From an uncultured Alphaproteobacteria bacterium (GTDB taxonomy: Bacteria; Pseudomonadota; Alphaproteobacteria; Rs-D84; CACZYB01): DNA of 32,000 nucleotides. Position 1 is the first letter of the stretch; each line of letters starts with the position of its first letter. The stretch is from positions 1-32,000 of the forward strand of contig CAKQHZ010000003.1 in NCBI GenBank assembly GCA_934246625.1, given 5' to 3'. The notes under the pieces were generated by a model, which was not told the origin of the DNA, did no database searches, and worked only from the letters and a program-made list of their open reading frames with translations. The translations under genes and the position numbers were made by a program. Shown one piece after another: positions 1 through 7,830 of the stretch.

Positions 1-187
1 TCGTCTAGATTTAATATGTATTCATATTATGAATAATATCCCAAAATGTCAATAAATTTATGCACTTATATCCTCCCACATTTACCTCCATTCTCTATAT
101 CATATAAACCATCCTTTTTGTAGAACTCAACTATAGAAATCTGCAAGAGGGTTAGTATTAACTTTAAAAGAGAAAAAGGAGTTATAA

Positions 188-703
188 ATGAAAGAAAATA
201 TATTAATTAATATAAATGAAAAAATCAAAAATTTTAATAAATTTTTATTTTATACATCTATTTTATTTGTAACTTATATAAGTTGTTTTTTATTGGTAAA
301 AAATAGAGATTATTTAAATATAATTTTATTAATATTATTTGCTTTAAATACAAAGAATTTATATAAAGCTACATTAGATTATAATTTATTACCAAAAGGC
401 AATAACGATATTACTTTTAGAGACTATTTGCTTTTTATTGCAATTTGTAAAAATAAATCAAAAAAACATTATTCTTTAAAAACTTGTGAAAATTATATAA
501 CTGCTATAGAAAAATGTTCAGATATTTTTAATACTAACATTTGGAAAATAAAAGATTCCAATCAAATAGATACAATTTTAAACCAATTAAATAAAAACAA
601 TACCTATGTTAATTTAAATAAATCTGGACATCAAATGTATAAAAATGGACTAGAAAGATATAAAGAATTTTTAGAATATAAAAAGAAACAAGAGGAGAAA
701 TAA
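188..703 (+). CDS. hypothetical small membrane protein (two N-terminal hydrophobic segments, soluble C-terminal domain)
   Basis: 171-aa ORF with an AGGAG Shine-Dalgarno 6 nt upstream of ATG 188. It has two hydrophobic stretches (FLFYTSILFVTYISCFLLV, LNIILLILFAL). Its stop lies 2 nt before the next gene. I recognise no family. Confidence 0.5.
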   Translation: MKENILININEKIKNFNKFLFYTSILFVTYISCFLLVKNRDYLNIILLILFALNTKNLYKATLDYNLLPKGNNDITFRDYLLFIAICKNKSKKHYSLKTCENYITAIEKCSDIFNTNIWKIKDSNQIDTILNQLNKNNTYVNLNKSGHQMYKNGLERYKEFLEYKKKQEEK

Positions 704-705
704 AT

Positions 706-1743
706 ATGAATAAAAAATATTTAATCAGCACTTTGGTTATTTTAGCAATGGCTGGATGTGCAAGGTATTCCAGTGAAGAACAAATAATAATAAATAAAAA
801 TGTAGAAGAATTAAAAAAAGAATTTGTTGGTAAACAGCTTTATTTGATATCTAAGTATAGCTATATAGAAGATAGAGACTGTTCCAGATTATCATCTTCT
901 ACCGATTATGATAATGTGATAAATGCAGATAAATTAATTTATGAAAATTCAAATAATAAAAGTATAGATTCATATTGTTTATTAAGCGAAAAAAACGAAC
1001 ATATTTGTAAAAAAATTGGTTCAGAAAATGGATTATCAGATATTAATGCTTTTAATCAATTAAAAATTTTCTTTAATAAATTTTTTAATGGAGAAAAAGA
1101 TAACGATGGTGATTTTTTAATGATAGGTGACAACTTTAATTGTTCAAGAAAAGAGATAGAGGAAGAGGAAGAAAAAAAGAAAAAAGAAATAGAGGAAGCA
1201 AAAAAATTTATAGACACTTATCTGAAAGATTGTGACCAAGCCGTTAAAAAGGCTGAAAATTATAAAAAATCTATAGATTATGATAATTTATATAATCTAA
1301 GTAAATATAGGGTTGTTGATTTTGCCAAAGATGGTGTATTTATAAATTATTGTTCAGAATATTCTTGCTATCGTTATTTTGTTTATACTAAAGATACAAA
1401 CTATGCTAATGGTGATTTGTTCAATTATGGTGGGGTATATTATAAACGAGATGGAGTTTACAAATACACAACAACAATGGGGGGAACAAATTCTGTAGCA
1501 GTACTGAAACCAACAAAACATAAAATAATAGATGTAGATGTATGCAAATTATACGGTTATTCCTATCTTAAAAATAAAGATGTAAAATGTAATGAGTGGT
1601 TTCTTATAACGAGCCGATACAAATATGATGGACCTGATAATTTAAAAGGAAAGTATTTTTGTAGATATGATAATGGAAAACTACATCTCTCTGATATATC
1701 CTATAGAGTTGATGATGAGGATGATATTTCAAATTGTCGATAA
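706..1743 (+). CDS. putative lipoprotein, Cys/Tyr-rich, unknown function
   Basis: 345-aa ORF. The N-terminus MNKKYLISTLVILAMAGC has a lipobox-like LAMAGC. It is tightly coupled to the upstream ORF and followed by an intrinsic terminator. Confidence 0.6.
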   Translation: MNKKYLISTLVILAMAGCARYSSEEQIIINKNVEELKKEFVGKQLYLISKYSYIEDRDCSRLSSSTDYDNVINADKLIYENSNNKSIDSYCLLSEKNEHICKKIGSENGLSDINAFNQLKIFFNKFFNGEKDNDGDFLMIGDNFNCSRKEIEEEEEKKKKEIEEAKKFIDTYLKDCDQAVKKAENYKKSIDYDNLYNLSKYRVVDFAKDGVFINYCSEYSCYRYFVYTKDTNYANGDLFNYGGVYYKRDGVYKYTTTMGGTNSVAVLKPTKHKIIDVDVCKLYGYSYLKNKDVKCNEWFLITSRYKYDGPDNLKGKYFCRYDNGKLHLSDISYRVDDEDDISNCR

Positions 1744-1752
1744 TAAAAACTT

Positions 1753-1785
1753 TTCCCCATAGTTCACACTGTGGGGAGTTTTTTT
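1753..1785 (+). terminator. rho-independent terminator after the lipoprotein gene
   Basis: Stem tcccca/tgggga (1754-1759 / 1772-1777) followed by a T7 run. Confidence 0.6.
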
Positions 1786-1818
1786 ATCCTCGGATAAAAC
1801 ATATTTCTATGTATAAGA

Positions 1819-1848
1819 AGGGAGGAGATTCGGTTTCTCCTCCTTTTT
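1819..1848 (+). terminator. second tandem rho-independent terminator
   Basis: Perfect 8-bp GC-rich stem ggaggaga/tctcctcc (1821-1828 / 1836-1843), 7-nt loop, then TTTTT. Confidence 0.6.
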
Positions 1849-1993
1849 CATACCGCCCATATCTCTAAATCACACCTCCTCACACAATTCTGGCACCAAA
1901 GGCTTTTATTCTTATCCCTTCGCTTTATCCCGTCTTTTCAATATATTAGGCTCATATCCTCCTCTGTCATTATCTTTCCTTTAAATATTTAAC

Positions 1994-2022
1994 TTGCAAT
2001 TATATTTATTTTCTAGTATAAG
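1994..2022 (+). promoter_or_regulatory. candidate sigma70-type promoter for the HTH gene
   Basis: TTGCAA (1994-1999), 17-nt spacer, TATAAG (2017-2022). Confidence 0.35.
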
Positions 2023-2082
2023 TTGTAATATGTATTGTATGAGATTGTCGTAAGAGAGAGTTATAATCAAAGGAGTTGTGTT

Positions 2083-2316
2083 ATGGATACAGAACATTCT
2101 AAAATCTGGGGGACTATTGACAAGATTGCATACATAAACGGTATTTCTGTTTCTGCTTTGGCTAAAAAGGCAGGTCTTGATGCTACAGCATTTAATAAGA
2201 GTAAAAGGTTTTATCCTAGTGGCAAGTTCAGATGGCCATCTACGGAGAGTATTTGTAAGGTTATGAGGGCTACCGGTCTTTCATGGGAGCAATTCTCTAA
2301 GTATTTAGAGGGGTAG
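2083..2316 (+). CDS. small XRE/phage-repressor-like HTH protein (stand-alone N-terminal domain, no S24 peptidase domain)
   Basis: I chose ATG 2083 because AAAGGAG lies 7 nt upstream; the track start at 2035 lacks an RBS. The sequence IWGTIDKIAYINGISVSALAKKAGLDATAFNKSKR...RWPSTESICKVM resembles the N-terminal HTH of alphaproteobacterial LexA/CI-like (S24) repressors. Confidence 0.65.
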   Translation: MDTEHSKIWGTIDKIAYINGISVSALAKKAGLDATAFNKSKRFYPSGKFRWPSTESICKVMRATGLSWEQFSKYLEG

Positions 2317-2390
2317 GAAGGAGGCTCGACGCTATCTCTTTAATTTAATGCAAATAAAAAATATTTTTCTCTATGGTTTTTATTTATAAA

Positions 2391-2420
2391 AATCCCTCGG
2401 TCCTAACTGGGGGATTTTTT
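2391..2420 (+). terminator. rho-independent terminator
   Basis: Stem aatccctc/gggggatt (one G.U pair) followed by a T6 run. Confidence 0.5.
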
Positions 2421-2507
2421 AAAATATGTTTTGGCATTTTTAAATTATTACATAAAAATAGATAAATAAAACACTTGTGATATAGATATCGCCATTTAAT
2501 AAAACCC

Positions 2508-2536
2508 TTTACAATCCTTATCATAAATGCTATACT
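2508..2536 (+). promoter_or_regulatory. candidate sigma70-type promoter of the dispersed Cys-rich paralog
   Basis: TTTACA (2508-2513), 17-nt spacer, TATACT (2531-2536). A strong AAAGGAGAG RBS lies 4 nt upstream of ATG 2561. Confidence 0.5.
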
Positions 2537-2560
2537 TTATATGAAATAAAGGAGAGTAGT

Positions 2561-4405
2561 ATGAGAAATAGTAATAAAATACTTGTGTTCTTATTGGTTT
2601 TTAGTGGCATATTTGCTATTTCAAACAAGGATATTGTTGCGGCTGTTAAGCGTGCAAAGGCGAAAAGGGTAACCCCTAAAAAGAAAGTAAATGCCGTTTC
2701 TTCTGATGCTACAGTTACTTCTCGTGCTGGTCGAACAACAACGACAACAACTACTACTACCACTACTACCGCCGTTGATGAAGATACAGAGGCATCTCTC
2801 CTTGCTGGAAATTTAAAGGTTTGTATCACATCTGCATGTGATGGTGATGTTGCATTTGAAAAATGTTTTAAAAAGGGTCAAGCTGAATACTTTGTTCGTG
2901 CAGATACCACTTGTAAGGCAATGTATGATAAGGCATCAAGTGATGTTGTCCGTCTAAAAGCTATAAATAATTTAAACAGCACAATTAAAACATACTTTAA
3001 TGATGCTTGCGAAAGTGCGGGCGGTAAAGTAAGTGGCGATGTTTGTAAAGTTAAGGTTTGCTATGTCGCAAAGGGCGAAGATACCAGCGATTTAAAAAAT
3101 TGTTCAGATTATAAAATAGGTCAATCATTTACTTGTTCTTATACTGCCTTTGGTTTCAGTGACCAAGATATGGAATATAAGACCAAAATGACAACTGAAC
3201 AACTTGGTCAAGTTATCAATGGTATTATGGGAGTAGCACAGGGTGCATTATCTACAGCAGTGTCAATTGGTGATGCTGTTTCTGCAAGCAAAGAATTAAA
3301 AGCAAAAAATGATATAAAGGGTAAAGAATGCTATGGTATTTGGACCTATGGTTCAAACACCTTGTCAATAACTCCAAGTACAAATTGTAAAAAAACTTGG
3401 ACTAAAGAAGAAAATAAAAAAGCATGTACAGATATCAAAAATAAAATTTGTAAAACAGATACTTATGGAAATTGGTATGAGGAAACTGATAATAATCCTT
3501 CTTCAGGTGACAAGTCATATACAGCTTTAACAGACAAAAATAAATCTTGTGATACAGTAGATGTTTCTAATTGGGGGGCTTCAAGTTCAAACGGAAAAAT
3601 TTCAGAATGTTATGTGGAATTAAGTGAATATACTGAACTTACAAAGGCTGAAAAGGAAGCTGAACTTTACAAAAAATTTACTGATTTTGATAGCTTAAAA
3701 TTCGAAGATCAAATAAATAATATTGGAAAGGCAGCATATCTAAGTGATCAATTTGGTTTAAATGATAATACTTCTTCTGATAAATATTCATTTACATTTT
3801 ATACTTCAACAGCTGATGATTTTACTTGCAAAACAGCTGTTTCAACAGGAGAACATAAAAATGATGAAGTTAATTCTGAATCTTGTAAAAAAGTTTCAAG
3901 TAGTGCTAATAACTGTGGAGTATATGGAACTTCTTCATATAATGAATGTATCAAAACGCAAAGATATATTGTAAATTGTTCATGTGATTATAAAAATACT
4001 GCAAGTAAAAAAGGATTCCAGTATGACAAGAACAACAAAGAAAAGAGTTATGCTGAACAAGTAAAAGAATATTATGGAGATATGTCAAGTGGTTTAAAGA
4101 CCTTTACAACAAACAACTATTCATCTGCGGTTTCAACATATAATTCAAAAATGAAATCTGTTAATGAAAAAAAAGATGAAATTACAGAGCTTAAATCTCG
4201 TAAATCAAGTGGAATTGCAAATGCTATTGCCACAGGTTCTTCTACTTTGATGATACAGGGAGCTAATTTGACAACAACTCTTATTTCTGTTGATAAAAAC
4301 AAAGGTGTAAGAACAGGAGCTTGCTATCTTGGCGACCCATCAAGTGGTGGAATATACTTTGCACCAGAACATTCAAGAAAGACTTTGTCTTGGAAAAACC
4401 TATAA
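2561..4405 (+). CDS. Cys-rich glycine-zipper protein, paralog A (614 aa; poly-Thr tract plus an extra Cys-rich insertion)
   Basis: N-terminal hydrophobic segment ILVFLLVFSGIFAI, then the polybasic tract VKRAKAKRVTPKKK, then T12. It has about 22 Cys. Motifs shared with the 9288-14546 cluster: VCITSAC, CKVKVCYV, SFTCSYTAFG, GVAQGALSTAVSIG, and the C-terminal TGACYLGD...LSWKNL. Confidence 0.85.
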   Translation: MRNSNKILVFLLVFSGIFAISNKDIVAAVKRAKAKRVTPKKKVNAVSSDATVTSRAGRTTTTTTTTTTTTAVDEDTEASLLAGNLKVCITSACDGDVAFEKCFKKGQAEYFVRADTTCKAMYDKASSDVVRLKAINNLNSTIKTYFNDACESAGGKVSGDVCKVKVCYVAKGEDTSDLKNCSDYKIGQSFTCSYTAFGFSDQDMEYKTKMTTEQLGQVINGIMGVAQGALSTAVSIGDAVSASKELKAKNDIKGKECYGIWTYGSNTLSITPSTNCKKTWTKEENKKACTDIKNKICKTDTYGNWYEETDNNPSSGDKSYTALTDKNKSCDTVDVSNWGASSSNGKISECYVELSEYTELTKAEKEAELYKKFTDFDSLKFEDQINNIGKAAYLSDQFGLNDNTSSDKYSFTFYTSTADDFTCKTAVSTGEHKNDEVNSESCKKVSSSANNCGVYGTSSYNECIKTQRYIVNCSCDYKNTASKKGFQYDKNNKEKSYAEQVKEYYGDMSSGLKTFTTNNYSSAVSTYNSKMKSVNEKKDEITELKSRKSSGIANAIATGSSTLMIQGANLTTTLISVDKNKGVRTGACYLGDPSSGGIYFAPEHSRKTLSWKNL

Positions 4406-4428
4406 TCCAAAGCTAAAATATAAAACAT

Positions 4429-4457
4429 ACCACCAGCCTTTTACTGGTGGTTTTTTT
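4429..4457 (+). terminator. rho-independent terminator of paralog A
   Basis: Perfect 8-bp stem accaccag/ctggtggt followed by a T7 run. Confidence 0.7.
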
Positions 4458-4483
4458 AACTATTTAACTATATAAATATGAAA

Positions 4484-4511
4484 TAAAAAAAGCCTCCCAA
4501 AGGGGGAGGTC
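4484..4511 (-). terminator. rho-independent terminator of gltX
   Basis: Stem cctccc/gggagg preceded on the plus strand by an A8 run, which is a T-run on the minus strand just downstream of the gltX stop. Confidence 0.6.
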
Positions 4512-4533
4512 TATAATCAATTAGATTTTGTTT

Positions 4534-5895
4534 TTATTTGATTGCTTTCCTTAATCTTTCTTCAATCTTTTCTTTGTCAATCAATGGAAGCAAAGCGGAA
4601 AGTTCCGGTCCAAATTCAATACCTGTTAATGCTAAACGGATAGGGTGATACAAATCGCGTCCTTTTTTCCCTGTCGCATCGGTAATTGCATTTGCCCAAA
4701 TTTTCATTGTGCCTTCGTTATAGCTATCTGTTGGCAATGATGAAAAAGCAGAGTTTAAGAAACTTTTTTCATCACTTGATAATGCAGGAGTTTCAATATC
4801 GCCATAAACAACATTTACCCAATATGAAATATCGGAAAGTTTGTTTATATTACCCTTCACCATATCCCAAAACTTTGCATCAATACGGCCATCAATAGCA
4901 ACAAGTCTGTCCTTTACATCATCAAAGTCAAGAATTCTAAGAAGTTTTCCATTTTCATGTGCAAAAGTTTCCATATCAAAACGACTGAATGCAGAACCAT
5001 AGTTTGAAAGGTCAAAATTCTTTGCCAATTCTTCCATACTTTTATGCATTTTACCACCATTTGCAGAGCCAAGACTTACAAGCACATTGGCAATGGTCAT
5101 TGCTTCAATTCCATCGTTTTTAAGGTTTCGTATAGAAATATCACTTTCGCGTTTTGAAAACTTATGACCTTCTGCATTTAAAATCATAGGATAGTGTGCG
5201 AATTGAGGAATAAATTTTGCCCCCAATGCCTCAAACATTTGAATTTGCATAGCTGTATTTGTAAGATGGTCTTGACCACGAATAATGTGTGTAATACCGC
5301 TATCCATATCATCAATTACAGATGGGAAATTATACAAATATGTTCCATCTTCTCTTATAATAACTGGGTCTGAAAGGTGTTTCATATTGAATTTACATTC
5401 TCCCTTTACAAGGTCATTAAATACAACATCACCTTCATTTAATTTAAAACGCCAATAAGGTTTGCGACCTTCGGCTTCCAATCTTTTTTTATCTTCGTCT
5501 GTAAGTTTAAGAGCGCTTCTGTCATACACAGGAGCTTGCTTTCTTGCGATTTGACGTTTACGTTTTGCCTCTAATTCTTCGGCAGTTTCATAACAAACAT
5601 AAACGCGACCATCAGCCTTTAATTTTTCCAAACATTCATTATATCTGTCAAATCGAGAAGATTGATGAAATGTTTCGTCCCATGAAATTCCAAACCATTT
5701 AACATCTTCCTTTACAGCATCAATATATTCTTGCTTGGTTCTTGCCAAATCGGTATCATCAATACGAAGCAAGAATAAGCCATCTTCACCCTTTTGTTTT
5801 TGACTTAAAAGAAAAAGCCAATTAAAAATAGCAGTTTTAATATTACCAATATGAACATATCCAGAAGGAGAAGGTGCAAATCTAACTTTTATCAT
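4534..5895 (-). CDS. gltX: glutamyl-tRNA synthetase
   Basis: 453 aa. RFAPSPSGYVHIGN carries the class I HIGH-type motif and KFSKR is the KMSKS-type motif. Length and N-terminus are typical of GluRS. Confidence 0.9.
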   Translation of the reverse strand: MIKVRFAPSPSGYVHIGNIKTAIFNWLFLLSQKQKGEDGLFLLRIDDTDLARTKQEYIDAVKEDVKWFGISWDETFHQSSRFDRYNECLEKLKADGRVYVCYETAEELEAKRKRQIARKQAPVYDRSALKLTDEDKKRLEAEGRKPYWRFKLNEGDVVFNDLVKGECKFNMKHLSDPVIIREDGTYLYNFPSVIDDMDSGITHIIRGQDHLTNTAMQIQMFEALGAKFIPQFAHYPMILNAEGHKFSKRESDISIRNLKNDGIEAMTIANVLVSLGSANGGKMHKSMEELAKNFDLSNYGSAFSRFDMETFAHENGKLLRILDFDDVKDRLVAIDGRIDAKFWDMVKGNINKLSDISYWVNVVYGDIETPALSSDEKSFLNSAFSSLPTDSYNEGTMKIWANAITDATGKKGRDLYHPIRLALTGIEFGPELSALLPLIDKEKIEERLRKAIK

Positions 5896-6058
5896 TTTTA
5901 ATCCTTTTATTTAATGTGTAGACAAGGATAAACCTTAATTATAAAAAAATCAAGGGATAAAACGCCTGAAAATAATTATATCTATAATTTTTAGATATTG
6001 ATTTTTCTTATTCTTTAAAGTAATCTTTTATACAGACTTTATTTTTAAAGTTTAGTGC

Positions 6059-6218
6059 ATGAAAAGTGCATGGAGCCGTTAGAAGCTCTATATTGCGAAA
6101 AATTATTACCCACCTTTGTGGCTGGGTAGCTATGGCTATACAATAGGAATATATTTATAATATTCTAAAAACCATAGGATCGTGCAATATAGATTTCTAA
6201 ACTACCCAGCCTTTTCAT
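6059..6218. other. structured intergenic element with nested and competing complementary segments (candidate cis-regulatory leader or small RNA)
   Basis: Complementary pairs seen: 6059-6066 atgaaaag with 6211-6218 cttttcat; 6120-6129 ggctgggtag with 6202-6211 ctacccagcc; 6130-6135 ctatgg with 6172-6177 ccatag; 6087-6095 ctatattgc with 6184-6192 gcaatatag. An alternative local hairpin pairs 6107-6112 taccca with 6123-6128 tgggta. No ORF is present. Confidence 0.35.
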
Positions 6219-6239
6219 AAGGTAAAAAGGGGTAGTAAA

Positions 6240-7145
6240 ATGGGAAATTATTATTTTATATGTATAAAAGTTAGATATATACTTGCATCTGTTATAAATT
6301 GGTTCATTCCATCTTGTTTTTTACGAAGTTGTGTAAAAGAATTTTTTTGTTTTCCTCACCTTAAAATCAATAGATTAAGTTATAAATATAATAAAAGGGT
6401 AAATATAGCCTTTTGCTTTAATAAAAATTTGGTAAATGTTGCAAAAGTAACAATAATTTCTTTGTTGGAAAATTCAAAAAATAAATGCAATTATAATATT
6501 TATTGTGTTATTGATAATAGTGTATCAAAAAAGGATAAAAAAGGTTATTTTAATCTTATGAAAAAATATTCAAATAATACACTAACATTTTTATATGCAA
6601 ATAATGATTTTAATAAATCTTATCTTGGCAAGTGGAATATTGGGATTTATTATCGTTTACAACTTGTAAAATTATTGCCTAATTTAGATAAAATTATTTA
6701 TGCAGATGTTGATACTGTATTTTTAAATGATTTATCTGATGCAGATAAAATTGATTTAAAAGACAATATCATAGCAGGAGTAAAAGACAGCGATAATTAT
6801 ATAAATTCTGGATTTTGTATTTTTAACCTAAAGGAAATAAGAAAACAGAAACTATATGATAAATGGATACATCTTTCCCAAATAAATAAGTATAATTTTC
6901 CAGATCAAGATTTACTTAACTATACCACCCAAAATAAACAAAAATATATATCATTAAAATATAATTTTATACCTTCGGCATATATGGAAAATCTTAGGAA
7001 ATTAACATATTCAAAACAAGATTATAAGAATATTAAAAATGATATAACTATGATACATTTTGTAGGTCATGCAAAACCATGGAGAAAAGATAGTGTGTAT
7101 AGTCGTTTTTGGAAAAAATACAGCAGTAAAAAATATTTACAATAA
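6240..7145 (+). CDS. glycosyltransferase family 8 (LPS/LOS glycosyltransferase-like)
   Basis: 301 aa. It has the INIAFCFNKN start of the GT8 fold, a DxD motif (YADVDTVF), NSGFCIFNL and FPDQDLLN. The first ~50 aa form an unusual extension, so the start is uncertain. Confidence 0.75.
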   Translation: MGNYYFICIKVRYILASVINWFIPSCFLRSCVKEFFCFPHLKINRLSYKYNKRVNIAFCFNKNLVNVAKVTIISLLENSKNKCNYNIYCVIDNSVSKKDKKGYFNLMKKYSNNTLTFLYANNDFNKSYLGKWNIGIYYRLQLVKLLPNLDKIIYADVDTVFLNDLSDADKIDLKDNIIAGVKDSDNYINSGFCIFNLKEIRKQKLYDKWIHLSQINKYNFPDQDLLNYTTQNKQKYISLKYNFIPSAYMENLRKLTYSKQDYKNIKNDITMIHFVGHAKPWRKDSVYSRFWKKYSSKKYLQ

Positions 7146-7151
7146 ATAAAC

Positions 7152-7180
7152 TTGAAAATAATATAAAAATTAGTTATATT
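7152..7180 (+). promoter_or_regulatory. candidate promoter of ssrA
   Basis: TTGAAA (7152-7157), 17-nt spacer, TATATT (7175-7180). Confidence 0.4.
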
Positions 7181-7189
7181 TATTCTTGC

Positions 7190-7467
7190 CAGAAATGGTT
7201 ATGATACTAAACCTTTATCAGAATAGACATTTCGGACTCGGGGGCGGTACCCGATGCCTCCACCATAAAAAATTTCTCTATGGGGGCAACATAGCTTCGA
7301 CGGGTGTAATAAAGGGTAAAGCTGTATTAAGTGATGATTCCGTCTTTTAAAACGGGTCGAACAAAAATGAACGCAAATGATAATCGTTCTTTCGCAATGG
7401 CTGCTTAATCTAAGCGCAAAGCGAACTCAAATTCTTTAAGGATATAGAACCCTTGAAGTGGGGTTTG
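7190..7467 (+). ncRNA. ssrA: tmRNA, circularly permuted two-piece (alphaproteobacterial) form. The acceptor piece ends at CCA 7263-7265 and the coding piece starts at G 7282. The outer boundaries are approximate.
   Basis: The T-arm tcggg/cccga and 3' acceptor strand TGCCTCC-A-CCA (7255-7265) lie upstream of the 5' acceptor strand GGGGGCA (7282-7288), giving a G3.U wobble. The conserved GCTTCGACGGG follows. The tag ORF GCA..TAA at 7373-7408 encodes ANDNRSFAMAA*. Confidence 0.85.
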
Positions 7468-7498
7468 GGACTTTCCTATCAACAGAAAAGTCCTTTTT
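7468..7498 (+). terminator. rho-independent terminator after ssrA
   Basis: Stem ggacttt/aaagtcc (7468-7474 / 7487-7493) followed by TTTTT. Confidence 0.55.
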
Positions 7499-7581
7499 GT
7501 TTAAAATTTTTTATTTTTTACTTGAAATTAGATTTAAAAAGATATATAAATACGCCATTTAACAACAATAAAGAGGATAAA

Positions 7582-7824
7582 ATGAATTCATATAATTTAA
7601 CACAAGAAGCAATGGATAAAATGGACTGTATTACAATTTTTAACCATAAAACTGGTGAAAAAATCTATGCAAATCCAAATAATTGCTTTAAATTATTTGA
7701 AAGTTTAAAGGAACACAAAGAAGATTATTCTTTGATTTTCCCAATCGATGATTATGATAAGACTCAAATCCAAAGATACAGAAATTCCTTAATCGCTCAT
7801 ATTTCAACTGATAAAACAAGATAG
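7582..7824 (+). CDS. hypothetical protein (80 aa)
   Basis: ATG 7582 is preceded by AAAGAGGA. The longer track ORF (7453) would overlap the tmRNA 3' end and its terminator, so the shorter start is preferred. I recognise no family. Confidence 0.45.
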   Translation: MNSYNLTQEAMDKMDCITIFNHKTGEKIYANPNNCFKLFESLKEHKEDYSLIFPIDDYDKTQIQRYRNSLIAHISTDKTR

Positions 7825-7830
7825 GTTTGT

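Noticed and set aside
68-1963. Direct repeat 'atatcctcc' at ~68-76 and ~1955-1963 flanking the two unknown genes, considered as att or target-site duplication
   Set aside because: A 9-mer match is expected by chance many times in 32 kb. Similarity decays immediately outside it, and no integrase or transposase is present.
2530-2829. 99-aa minus-strand ORF containing a poly-valine run
   Set aside because: It is the antisense shadow of the poly-Thr codons (ACN read as NGT) of paralog A. It has no RBS and lies wholly inside a much better-supported plus-strand CDS.
7453-7581. N-terminal 43 codons of the 123-aa track ORF
   Set aside because: This part overlaps the 3' end of the tmRNA and its terminator hairpin. 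An internal ATG at 7582 has a proper AAAGAGGA RBS, so only 7582-7824 is retained.
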